From Marsupella aquatica (taxonomy: Eukaryota; Plantae; Marchantiophyta): DNA of 64,000 nt. Both the position numbers and the translations under genes were made by a program. The stretch lies in contig OZ316897.1 of assembly GCA_973895155.1 (NCBI GenBank), forward strand, positions 8,703,832 to 8,767,831. Reading direction: 5' to 3'. The notes beneath the pieces were generated by a model that did not search any database, was not told where the DNA came from, and saw nothing but the letters and a program-made list of their open reading frames with translations. This document shows, piece after piece, positions 39,092 through 52,197 of the stretch (position 1 is its first letter; every line of letters starts with the position of its first letter).

Positions 39092-41165
39092 AGAAGGCAA
39101 AATTATTCAATATTTCGTCCGAGTTTTTGTGCTTCCCCATTCAAGCATGGAGCTTAGCCAAATCTATAGGTTAAAGCTCATGGGTGCACTTTTTCTCTCA
39201 AGTCCTCCAGTTCAACTCGGAGTTAGGTGAATCTAGAGAATTTGCCTTTCAGCTCGTGGAGAATATCAAGACCGCCGTTAGAACATCCATTTTTTTCTAG
39301 GCACAATTGCAGGCGGGAAAATCTTCATCATTCATGTAATTTAAACGTAAATCAAGGCGTTTTGTGTCGCTGTAGAGAACAGAGGGTTCAGAGTAATCAG
39401 CGTTTTGCTACTTGATGTCGGAAGTTGCCTGATGGACGTTTCCTATAACGGAAACACTTCTTTGCCATTGTAACATTCTTCTTGTAAATCTTCCGTAGTA
39501 ATTCCCCCCATCCTCCACTCTGTAGCGCAACAGCAGGTCGTAATGTGCTCGCATGCTGGAAGGAGGTGTGGAAGATGCGAAAGCCGTTGTACATTCTATC
39601 CATATGGGGAGCTAAGAGTATCGATTTAGCATGTTCTATTTGACATTGTGTCACACTTGAGAGTTTGTGGTCCAAGTTACGAAACTTGTGGATCCTTTGG
39701 AATGATTCCTAACTGCTTTTTGTTTCCTTGGTTGGATGGAATTCGGATATCACACTCCACCATTTCATCCCATGCAACTAGAGTCAACTATCGTGCATGT
39801 CCTGCACAATTTCGGATTTTTCCTGTCCCTTCCCACGTGAATTTCAGCGTTGGGGTATTATTGTGCTCCAAGGAAGAATCTGTCTAAGTTTGCTGGCCTT
39901 ATATGTTGACTTATATAACTCCGGTTCTTCCTCTGCTCTTACATTTCCGCTTTTCGCGTCTGTGATGCTGTCTCCCCCTCCTCGCCGTTATGAAGTTTTG
40001 TGTTGTGCTTCTGTTGCACTGGTTAGCTTAAATTAAAATTTTAGACTGTGAAAAATATAGATAAGTTCGTGTCCTCACGTTGCAAGTGTAGGGAGGCGAT
40101 CATTTGTATGAAAGCCTCAATTTCATGGTGGAGCCACGAAATTCATTTTGCCAACAATGGTTGAAGGTCGTTTCTGTCCCCAGTTCAATTGCTTGTTCTC
40201 CGTGGTAGGATTCACGTGAGCACGATGACGCAACCAACGTCACTGTCAGTTAATAGTGTGAAGATTCTCTGGTGTGATGACCTCTGCAATTTCGACTTCA
40301 TGGTCCGTGTTGACGAACACTGCCGCAAGATGTTGCTCCATTCGTACGCCAGAGAAGGAAAGAATCATGCGGGATAGAGAACTGATAGAAGTAATTGCTT
40401 TCTTGTGACCTCGTCCCAGGTGAATGAAGATCCATCTCAGATCTGGAGGTGGCTGAATTGACAGACGTAAACCGATTCAGCTACTACAGACTGACGTAAA
40501 TCGATTCAGTCCTGGAGGTGGCTGACTGGGCTGAGATGGCATGTGGATAGTCTTGCAGATGCGCACCTAGCTGCGAGTAGTTCAGCTGCAAAGGTGACTG
40601 AATTGATCGAACTGGTGAGACTGGTGAGACTCAGATTGGGGAGAGTCGAAGGAATTGAGGTGTGGGCACTGCCATCCTCGAGGTCTTTCTTCAGTTAGAC
40701 CTCCAACTCAAAGATTCAAACTGTTTGCAGGCAATCCCGAGGGAAAGCGGTAACTTGGAAAGGTCTTGAGTTGTGGGTCCAGTTCTTCAACAGTTGATGT
40801 CGAGCGCCTCTATGGGCCCGGTGCTTAGAGAACATTGATGCCTTTTGAGTTCTTGTTGGGTCCACACAGGATGATGACCTTTTCGGGAATCTCGACTATG
40901 GAGCTTTGTACCGATGTGCAAGGCACCTCCACAATGCAGGACAACGAGACAACGAGAGTGTGGAGCTTTGTACAGAAGGTGCGAGGTACCTCCACAATGC
41001 AGGACGACGAGAGTGTCGAGCTTTGTCTTGATGTGTGAGAAAGCCTCCAGAACAGGACAGTAATGAGCTTTGAGCAGAAAGCCTCTAGAACAGGACAGTA
41101 ATGAGCTTTGAGCTCCTTCTTTGGGCCCACAGGGAATGGTGACCAGTGTATTTTCTAACGTTTTA

Positions 41166-41750
41166 ATTTCCTTGAGAGAGTGGCGAATATGGATTTACTT
41201 GATGGGACCCCAAAATGAACGTGTTACCTGATAGGACCCCTGGATTTAATTTCCTTGACACAGTGGCAAATATGGATTTGCGTGATGGGACCCCAAAATG
41301 AACGTGTTACCTGATGGGACCCTGAATGATCCAGATTCAGACCGTTGATTGACCTTGACTTAACATACCCAAAACTTCAGAAATCCTAACATACCCAAAA
41401 CTTAGGGGGTCCCTGATAGGACCCCTGAATGATCCAGATTCAGACCCTTGATTGACCTTGACTCAACATACACAAACCTTCAGGGATCCGAACATACCCA
41501 AAACTTAGGGGGTTCCTGATAGGACTCCTGAATGTTCCAGATTCCTACCCTTGATTGACCTTGACTCAACATATCCAAAACTTCAGGGGTACTAACATAC
41601 CCAAAACTTGGGGGATCCTATCAAGTAATGCAATTCATTTTGGGGTCCCATCAAGCAAATCATTCTATCAGCCTCTCTGAAGGAGAAGATGTAAGGAGCA
41701 TTGGGGTCCCATCAAGCAAATCCCTCTATTAACCTCTGTGAAGGAGAAGG
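41166..41750. mobile_element. MITE-like element with duplicated ~75-bp TIRs and three internal 103-bp repeats
   Basis: cttgatgggaccccaaaatg (x2) is inverted against ttggggtcccatcaag (x2). The unit ctgaatgatccagattc starts at 41322, 41425 and 41528. Confidence 0.75.
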
Positions 41751-44390
41751 TGCAAGGGACATTTGATATCTGTTCTTCCTGAATTGTTAACTCTCCCTAG
41801 ATTTACTGATGACAGTAAGCTATCTGTTCTTCCTGAATTGTTACATCTCCCTAGATTTACTGGTAAGATTCCAGCAAATGGGATCTGTTACTAGGTGGGG
41901 AACTGGCTAATGGTACACAAATCATCTAGCCAATTTTTGCCAATAGGGGTGTTGTTTTTTGGGGGAGGTGGAATCTGACAACACTTAGCAACTAACAAAG
42001 ACCCTCATGGTGACCCTTTCTCAAACATTGAGTTTGTGGACCTTTGTAATGATGAGCCTAAGGGCTGTCTTGCATGTGCAAGAGTCCTGAAAAAAGCGAT
42101 CCTTAGCAGCCCACCAATGTCGGCAAAAAGTGTGTTGACAGGATCTAAATACAATCAAGAAGAGCGTGCATGTGCCGTGCTTACTCAATCGCATTTACTT
42201 CTTTGTCTTTGGCACCGCAAATTGTACAGGGCAGGATCCGCTGCGGTTTTGTTTTATTCGCAGTTCAATGTTTGGGACCTCAAGGGCCGGAAAATTTCCG
42301 GCCCTTGCCCTTGCATATCCTCTAAAGCTGCCGTCACGACTGCCGGCCTGTCGCTGCATTTACAAATGCCACGGGTTCAGTTTAGGGCCGGAACACAAAG
42401 GACTTGTCACATGCAAGACGGCCCTAAATGCCCGTTATTCAATTGTTAATAGAAACTATCACAATAAATATCTAGCATGATTATCATTTTCACGAACACA
42501 ATGTTCCATCTTCTTTGCATCCACATAAATTTGGGTGAGGCCCATAGAGTTACTTGAGGCTTCACTCTACAAGCCTAGACCCCAACTTAAGCTTCTCACC
42601 ATAATTAGCTATATAGACTAGCCTGATTACCAGTGCTTTAAACATAAATAGAGATGAAGATTTTAATTTTTTTTGCAAAACAATACTCTTGTTCATCATT
42701 GCCTCCATTCCTCTCTTTTTCCACCCTCACTCCTATTTGTCTTCTTGAGAGAAATTCTTAGTTTTGTCCTTAGTTAGAGTCAATTTTGTTAATCTTTGCT
42801 CCCATCCCTTTTCAGTTTTGTCCACCTTCACTTTTCAGTTTCACCCCATAATCGAGAGTTACTTTCTAGAGGCTTCATTCTAGACAGTAGCTCTTGAAAA
42901 TAGCTTTGCATTGCCCTTTATTAGTAAGATGGGTAGGGTACTCTCCTAATACAAGAAGTCTGGATTTGAAAACTCATCTATTGTTGCCTGTTGAGTCCAG
43001 CCATTTAGTGTTGTCCACCTGCTCCCTTGTTGACCTTATTGAGAAGGTGAAAAGGGTGTATGTTAGGGTCTTGCCCTTTGTTGTGTGACATTGGACATGG
43101 CAGATACCTTCACATTTCCTAACTGCTACCTAATGTGTGTGGATCCATATAAGTGGAATATTCATTCAATATTAGTTGTTCCAGCGAGTGAGGCCCAAGA
43201 CTAGAAGTCTTCATTGTGACATGTGAATCCACATAGTGGAGAATTTGCTCCACATTAGTTGTTCAATTGTGTATGCCCACATGAGTGGCCAGCAATAATA
43301 GCCTAGCAGTGGTGGTCTTCATTGTGACAAGTAACCTTCCAAGTAGATTAACTTTTGCACAAACCCCTTTGCACACAAAATGCTTGACAATAGGTAAATT
43401 TGGTGTAACTCTCTTATATTGAAGCCGACAGGGCTACACCATGATCTAAGAGTGGCGCGTGATGGGTACCATCTAATAGTGGGACCCAAGGGCTTGTAGT
43501 AAATGAATCTCCCCAGATAACTCTCTTATCACCAATGGAAGCCTGCAGGGTACATCATCTAAGAGTGGGACCCAAGGGGTAGTAATAAATGAGTTTGGTG
43601 GTGGGATTCCTAAGCTTGCACATATAAGATTCCGAGAGATATACTTAGTGGACCTCCAAATGCAACTTTCTCTCTTAATGGACCAAAAGTTTCCCACGCC
43701 CTCCCAGTGGACCTCCGGGCCCACCAGAGGTACTATTTCGTGTGATATGTTCTTCTAACACATTGTGCAGTTCTTATAACGTGAGATTGTCACTGTAAAA
43801 CGCAGCATGTTCTACTGTTCTTCAGTGTCCGACCGCGTTGCCGAATGCGGTCGACTACGATCGCAGTTCCGAGTGAATCAATGTATCCCGCAATGTAGAC
43901 ATTGACAACAATGCGTACAAACATGAACCGTGATGTCAAACAAACCTTATGTTGTGCGGTCGCATGATGAAATAGAGCCTCATAGTTAGATCATGTATAC
44001 ATTGACATAACTGTATACAATGACCACAATGTTGGATGAACCAAGCATAGTGCAACCACAACATATACAAAGCGGTGTAGACATTTATAGCCATGTATAA
44101 AAAAATGTATTAGATTATATATAGTTAAACAAATTAGGGTTTGGAGTAACCGTTGGCTTAGGCGCGGAAAAGCTAAACATGCTTATATCTTGAATAGAAT
44201 ACAGGGTGGATAATGTTTTCAGAGGATGACCCGCCAAATCACTGACATGTTACAGAACTTTTGCACGTTCTTGTCATTTCACACGACACTTTTTTTGTGC
44301 ACATGCTTTGCGCGTGAGCTCGCACGGCAGGGTTGTGAGTGTTTCCACTCCCCTAATGTGTACAGTACGCTTAGAGGGACAGTGTCAGGC

Positions 44391-47300
44391 ATGGAGGACA
44401 ATGACTCAATGCATTTGTGGACCAGAGGTGATGTTTGGGAAGTCAATGTCCCCTATCATGAGAGGGCACGAACGCAAGACACACAAGAATGTCAGAGGGC
44501 TCGAAAGAATGTTGAGAACCCCCCGAGGATATTGGATGGCAGAACTGCTGAAGAAGGTGCCATCAGATTGTCTGGACGTTTCTTATTTTCATACAATGTG
44601 TGTCAGTCCAATGTGATTTGAAAGTATGACACCGTTTGAGTTCCCATCCGGGCATGCATGTAGCTTCCGCACATGAACATTGATGTCATTGTATACATAT
44701 TAACGTGATGACATGTCTTCCTCTGTTACAGTGGCAACAGAGGCTGCTCGAATCAAGTTGGGAGAGCACTTCAATAGCTTTGAAGAGTTTGATCGGTGCC
44801 TAGATTCTCTGGCTGTGATGAATGGTCGAGCCATGTCCAGATACAAGACGTTTGCAAATCGATGTATTCGTGTATGCAGGTTTGGAAAGATTGCTAGATC
44901 GAAACAGGTAGTCGATGATGAGGCAGCTTGTGATGACCAAGGTGACAATGACAGCATTCGTTCACATGCTACGGAGGAACCAAACCAGTGGCAGCTTCAA
45001 TTTGAGGAAGAGGATGAAGAGTTAGAAGGTGAGCATGAGTTTCATAGCAGATATGGCCATTGGAGTGGAAGACGATCGAAAGGACCAAGGTCTCAGACAT
45101 TGCAGCAAACTACACAACAAGAGAATCGATATCGCAGTCAAGCAGAGGTGTGTGCTGCCGCTGCCACTGCCACCAATGCCACACCTTTTTTTATTTTGGG
45201 ACATCCTACAATCACTTGCTGAAATTCTTGGTGTGTACAATCATGGGGTTTTGCAGATTGAAGATCGTCAATTTCATAATGCCATTAATCAGATCACTCT
45301 TGCTCGTCAGCAACCTCGTGCACCGCTTTCAGCCATTCAAGCGAACACCATGCAGACAAATGTGTCATTGTCACAATCCGTGCACCAAAATGCACTTATA
45401 TCTGTACAACAAACTGTGCACATAAATACTGTTTTGTCTACACAAGGAAGAGTTGTGCACAACAGACCAAAGTCCATAGTCCAACACACTAGCGTTTGGT
45501 TACCTGGTTCGCAACACCCACGTAAACCTGGTCAACAGAAAACTAGGAAGCCATCTGCAAGTGGAGCTTGTGGACAGTTGTCCAGATCTAAGCCCTCTCA
45601 ACCAGGACCAGAAGACTTGCTTTACTCAGAGGATGAATGTTCTTTCAGAGTACGTTGCAGTAGAGTGAAGGGTGGGGGTCATATTATCACTGTATGTGAA
45701 CTAACACATACTTGTGCTGCTCACATTCACAAGTGGAGAGCTCCTACTCACAAGTCTGCATGGTTGGGGGTAACATTGGCTCCAAGAATCATCAGAAATC
45801 TGAAAATGCCTGTGAAGGAATTGCTGTCTGGTTTCCAAGGTGACTACAAGCGAGGAAGTAACTACCAGCAAATGTGGCGGGGCAAAGATCTTGTAGGGCA
45901 TTGGACCGCTGGCTCACAGAAATCATCTTTTCAGATGATCCCAACATTGATTGACAGGATTCGGGAGACAGACCCTGGCTGTGTTGCACATTGGTGCACT
46001 ATGGAGGACTCCACCATTTTTTGCAGAGCATTCATATGTCCATCTGCCACCAGGAAAGCACTTAACTATACTCAGCCGATGGTTAGTTTAGATGCTTGTC
46101 ACACCAAGAATAGAAAATATCCAACTCAACTATTTTTAGCTACATGCCTGGATGGGAACTCAAACGGTGTCATACTTTGCTATGGAGTAGCACCAGTTGA
46201 AAACACAGAGAACTGGCTTTGGTTTCTAAAATTAATGGACAGAGCTGTATATGGCATTGGTAGTCAAGACATTGTCATCATGTCAGATCGTCAAAAGGGT
46301 CTCACTGCTGCTGTAAGTCAGATTTGGCCAGGTAACACCCTTCCACACTTAGATTGCTTAATTCTGTCAAATTTGAGAGTTATGATGATACTGTGCTAAC
46401 TGGAGTACAAAATCTAATTTATTATTTTTGGACAGTAGGAAAGATCCATGCACAGTGCGCAAATCATTTGAGGGCAAACGTGAAGACCAGGCATGGTAGA
46501 ACAGCAAGTGAATTCTTCTACGGATGTGTCTATGCCAATGATGTGCACCAGTAAGTAAATACACTCACTAGGACCAATATGAAAGCAATTTGTCTATATA
46601 TTCAGACATTGTGCTTGATGTATTCTATATATTTTGACATTGTGCTTGATGTATTCTGTCTCTGTAAACATTGTCACTCATGTATTCTGTCTCTTTCAAT
46701 TCAGATATGAGTCTGTGCTAGATCAACTGTCTGGTTCATTGATAGCCGGCAAGGGAGTTCATGCAGCACATTACATCCGCGGTCTGGATGTGAAATGTTA
46801 TGCCAGGCATGCATTCCCACTCCCTCGCATGGGTAAGGTCACAAGTAATCCAGCCGAGCAAGCAAATTCTGGATTATTACCATTCCGTCTGCTAGCACCT
46901 GGAAAGTTGTTGGTGGCTCTTTGGGTGTACATTCAACAAAAGTTTAAAGACAGGAGAATAGAGGTTGCATGCAGACAAGAACCACTGTCAAAACCAGCAC
47001 AACTACGATACAATACCAACTTGCAGAACTTCCAACAATTCCAGGTGCAAATTGGCTCTTTCTTTTCCTTTTGTAACGAACATTTTGACCACATGTGGAG
47101 GATGGATTGTCTCACGCTTCATATTTCATATTGTCATGCTACAGGTATTCAGTGATGGTCAATCCAGTGCCAAAATTCAGACTACAACAGGGAGTGAGGA
47201 GTATCTTGTCACTTTGTCACCAAAACCAAAGTGCACTTGCATGGAGCTGCAGGAGATGGTTTGGCCATGCCAACATATGCTGGTATGGGATGATGAAACA

Positions 47301-48060
47301 GGAAAGAATCCGGCTAGGCATTTTCATAAATGCTGGCGGACACAGTCTTTGGTTTTACTTTATGATGGTGTATTACCTAGCTTTGTTTCCACTCACCTTC
47401 CATTGAGCTTAAGTTGTCATGCTCCAGAGCCTGCTATAGTGAATGGGCGACATCGAATGGTAAGAATTCATGGGGAAACTCGTTCCAGGGCTTTAGGGAA
47501 TGGGGAGGACCTCCATCTTGATCCAACAGGAAGGCTGTGTCTCAGATATCCAATGGATGATGACAATGAGAGAGGCATTCCATTTCCAGGTGCAAACTCT
47601 GCGAGTGGCCTCCCAATGGTTGAGATCCTACCTAAGAAAAGGAAGCGGGGTAATGTAAAGTGTACGTGCAGCAGGTGCGGAAAGGTTGGCCACAACAAAC
47701 GATCTTGCAAAGAAGTTTCAGTTGCCCAAGCAACTGAAGATGATGAGCAGGTACCAAATGTTATAATGTTGCAAGACAGAGATGGTCCATATAAAAGTCC
47801 TAGTTTCATAAGAATTTGTTTACTTATTCTAGTGTTATTGTAATGCGCAGGTGGAAGGGGAAGAGCATGACAATGTGAACAATGCTGGAGAAAGTGAGTG
47901 GCTTGTCACCGTTGGAGCACCAACAATAGGCAGTGGTACTATGCCTTCCAATCCACGCATTCAAAACTCCCTGGATTATGAGTGGGCGCGGCACATCACT
48001 GAACTTGCTGATAATTGCCCTTATTTTGGGCTACCTCATGAAGTAGATATCACAGAATAG
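44391..48060 (+). CDS. MuDRA-like MULE transposase, about 7 exons, reading frame apparently intact
   Basis: MuDR N-domain (LGEHFNSFEEF); D in SLDACH; D in MSDRQKGL; CxxH in HAQCANHL; E in TSNPAEQAN; SWIM CTC..WPCQH; zinc knuckle CSRCGKVGHNKRSC. GT-AG introns reconcile all frame changes. Confidence 0.92.
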
Positions 48061-48356
48061 ACATATACATCACAGTCTACTATTCACTATATTGGGAAGT
48101 TAGATGGTAGTAGGGCACATTTGTGCATGGACCTAAACACTACCTTGAATGAGTTCAAATTGTTACAAAGTGGATGTTGTATTCCATTCAATGAGGAGTG
48201 AAGCCTTTTATTTGCATTTGTTAGGTCTGAGTACGCCTTCCATGGTGCATGTGTTGTATGATTATTAAAGTGTTGAATATGACATGCTTTTTTCCATTTA
48301 GGCCCGACTGTCTTTGTAAAGTTCAAGTGAATGATTTTTTTTGTAACTGTGAATTA

Positions 48357-49070
48357 TGAATACAACGTGAAAAGTGTATACATGAAAAAGGTATTTCTAT
48401 GTTGAAACTCCATAGGTTTTGTCCATTTGGGCAGGCTTCGGCGGAGGCCGTGTTCGTAAAGTCGGAGGGCTAGGGACAATTTTTTTCCAAGTGTGAAATC
48501 TGAATACAATGTCCAAAGTGTATACATGAAAAATGTATTTCTATGTTGAGACTCCATAGGTTTTGTCCATTTGGGCAGGCTTCGGCGGAGGCCGTGTTCG
48601 GAAAGTCGGAGGGACAATTTTTATTTCCAAGTGTGAAATATGAATACAATGTCCAAAGTGTATACATGAAAAATGTATTTCTATATTGAGACTCCATAGG
48701 TTTTGTCCATTTGGGCAGGCATCGGCGGAGGGCGTGTTCGTAAAGTCGGAGGGACAATTTTTTGCTTCCAAGTGTGAAATCTGAATACAATGTCCAAAGT
48801 GTGTACATGAAATATGTATTTCTATGTTGAGACTCCATAGGTTTTGTCCATTTGGGCAGGCTTCGGCGGAGGGCGTGTTCGTAAAGTCGGAGGGACATTT
48901 TTTTTCCAAGTGTGAAATCTGAATACATCGTCCAGATCGTATACATGAAAAAGGGTTTTCTGTGTTCAAATTCCGTAGTTTTTGTCCATTTGGGCGCCTT
49001 AGTCAGTGGGAAGGATTCGACAGTGGGGCGTCTTCGTCGTAAAGTCAGAGAAAATGTGAATACAACATAC
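48357..49070. repeat. Internal MULE tandem array, ~140-bp unit x~5
   Basis: tgaatacaa.gtccaaagtg units start at 48357, 48501, 48641, 48782 and 48920. Confidence 0.95.
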
Positions 49071-49244
49071 ATATTGTATCCCAGACACAGATCTACTATG
49101 ACCATTTTTGGAACAGATCATGTCATATAGTCTTCAAAGAGAGCAAGAAATGCAGGAACATTTCATATTTATTATCATGAACACATTGGTGACAAAACAG
49201 GGCTAGGTACCCTAGACTATCCCTCAGATATTGCTAATTGTACC

Positions 49245-52197
49245 CTAAACTTCATCCACATTATTAATCATTTTATCGATTGCCTTGTGAAAAGAGGTAA
49301 CATCAGCCTGGCTACAGTCTTGGAGAATTTGTGATGCGTGCAAGGAATCCAAAATATCGTCCTCCTGCACAGTGACCTCTTGTGGTACAGACCCCGGGAT
49401 TACAAATTCACTTTGCGCCTTGCCCAATGGCCCACGAACTGTCAATTTTCTCCGACGTCTACTTGCATATGGGTCTGGTTGCACATCAGGTGGTTTCTGG
49501 TACTCCTACAAATTCACATATGAAAGCAATCAGCAAAGAAACACATCTTACCAATCAATCATGCCACCAAAGTCAATTACATAAGGTGTGCTCCCTACCG
49601 GTGCAGTCACCTCTCCTGATGGGATTGCAGACACATTCGGTGGAAGGGCAGTACCCTGAGTTTCAATAGTGTTGTCTCCCTCTGGTGCTGGTTGTGCATT
49701 GACATCCTAGACTTGTTTAGATGAATCCTGCAATTGTAAGGCTGAAATCAGTATCAAGCGAATCATGTGTTTAGTCCCTATACAATATGGCCACATAGTA
49801 CACAATGATTTGTACTTACCTTGGTTTTAGTTCTGGTCTTTCTTTTTGTTTGGGCAATTTTCTCTTCGGTGGGAGCAGTTGTTTGCTTCCTCTTTGAACG
49901 TCTAGGTTCACTTTTTTCTGTCTCCGGGGGTGCCGTTGCTTGCTCTCCTTCCTTTGGTCCCTGTCATTGCAAACTAAGGTGATTGCATGTTTAAATCAAA
50001 TAAGTACACATAGAATACATTTTTACCACTGTCTATGCTGGAATGTTCCTCCTTGGCCTATTGAAAACACGCTTACCTCAGGCGCGGGCTTCTGTGGTTG
50101 TACAGATTTCTTGGTTCTCTTTGATTTCCTCTTAGATTGTTCGGGTGTAGGTCCTTCATGGGATTCAGGAACCTAAAATGCAGTACTCGGAGTACAGGCA
50201 CATTCAAACAGTAAGTATACATTAACATCATGGTATACAACATAAGATTGGTGTCCTACTCTTGAACTTGCAGTGTTGATAAAACAGGAAACGTTCTCCA
50301 CACTATTTACACATGTTGCAAAGAACTTTCATCTGTAAACATTACCTGGTCAACTTGCTGAGAATCTACGGGAAGGGTGGTGTTTCCGTTCGGTGGTGGC
50401 TCTACAGATTGTTCGGGTGTAGGTCCTTCATGGGATTCAGGATCCTAAAATGCAGTACTCGGGGTACAGGCGCATTCAAACAGTGAGTATACATTAACAT
50501 CATGGTATTCAGCATAATGTCCTACTCTTGAACTTGCAGTGTTGATAAAACAGGAAACCTTCTCCACACTGTTTACACATGTTGCAAAGAACTTTCATCT
50601 GTAAACGTTACCTGGTCAGCTTGCTGAGAATCTACGGGAAGGGTGGTGTTGCCATTCGGTGGTGACTCTACAGATTTCTTGGTTCTTTTTGTTTTTCGCT
50701 TTGATTGGTTGGCTTCGGCTCCTTTGTTGGGAGGAACCTGAAAAAGCAATACTCGGGCTAAGAGCACTAAACCATCGTGCATACACTCGTGCATACATTG
50801 ATATCACGGTATACAAATGGGATAATTACATTGGAAGTGCAAATTTACCTCATCGGCTTCCTGAGTGTCAACAGGAGGAGTAATTTTCTGTGGAGGCTGC
50901 TTCTTGGGTTCGTTTGGCTTCCTGCGTGGCTTTCCTTTCTTCCCTGATTCTTTGGCTTGAGCTTCGTCATTCAAAGGAACCTGAAGTTTCGTAGACATTC
51001 CGGTCAATGTTGTCAAACTATGCAGATTCAGAAAAAATCATTGGCAGAAGGGGAAGAGGAACTATACCTCTGCTGCGTCTTCTTCATCAGAGGACTCATG
51101 ATAATCTAATCCCCACTTGTCAGGGGTGGGCTCGTACCCCTCCTCATCTGAGGTATCAACCCACACTTCGTGAACTCCAGCCTGCAATATGAAAACTGGT
51201 GTAAACATTGTGCGCGAAGTATACACAACAATGCAAAGGCAAGTAAAATGATTGTGTTACGTACCGCTGCCTCTGCTTCTTCTTGTGACATGCCATCACC
51301 TGTGTAATCTTTCACACAATTCCGACCGGCTGTGGCAATTGACAGATGCTTCTGATCCTTTTTCCACTTCACATAGTCTGGATAGGCATGGTCAAAATCG
51401 ATTTCTTTTGCTCCAACTTTCCACAACAGACTTTCCCTTTTCTTCCTCAAAAACTCCAAGGCGTCTGCAACAATGAGTTCTCTACTCTCCTCACGTGCTG
51501 AAGGTTGGACAGACTGGGCAGGGACATCTCTCAGCGGAAAAAGTACCTGTAATAGTTGACAATCAACCTGCAAAGCATGCAACTTTCGATTCACAGGCAA
51601 CTGAGCAGGCAATTGCTGCACATGCTCGGCCCAGTGATACACAACATTGGTGATAGGAGCAGAGCTGACATGCTCCTGTAACATCTCAAAGAAACTATCG
51701 TCTACCAAGCAGCCCCAGCCACTCTTCTCCTTCGGACGAATGTGGTAGACCTTAATGAGACGAACAAGCACCGATTTCGATGGAACCGATGGCTCCTTCT
51801 TCCCCAGAACTGAAACACAATAGTCCACCTTTAGTTGATTCTTTTTGCGCTGCTTCGTCATTTGCCATCTTAGCTTGGCAGTCGACCGTAATCGAATCCA
51901 TGACGCACCTTCCGTCTTCTTACCACTGTTGTTGCTGCATTTCCGTGGTTTCTTGGCGGGACGAGAGGTGTTGAGTTTTGAACTCAACCAAGGCAGGCCT
52001 GGCTCCAACAAATCAGCAGGGAGTTTTCGGCCATGCTTGGTGCTCAAGTGAGTCTGAAACAACTTGAACAAAGAGAAACCGCGAGGAGCATGACCGGCGC
52101 ATATACACTTGAATACGTGGTTCCCCTGCTCGCCTACACGGTATCGAAAATGCTGTCCCTCCTTTGCCAATGTTAGTTTCTTGGCATGGGGCACCAT
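49245..52197 (-). CDS. MULE accessory gene 1: about 9 exons, N-terminal CxC..H..H putative zinc finger, acidic/Lys-rich disordered tail; in-frame TAG at 49707-49709
   Basis: Long first exon from MVPHAKKL (52197), then phase-0 GT-AG exons AGVHEV.., VPLNDE.., VPPNKG.., DPESHE.., VPESHE.., GPKEGE.., DSSKQV*DVN.., EYQKPP..DEV*. Confidence 0.75.

Noticed and set aside
45029-45257. Apparent frameshift in the transposase
   Set aside because: A GT-AG intron at ~45148-45257 joins ..SQAE to IEDRQ.. in phase 0.
48354-49105. Repetitive ORFs of 211, 142 and 87 aa
   Set aside because: They are translations of the 140-bp array. The unit length is mostly not a multiple of three and the frames shift.
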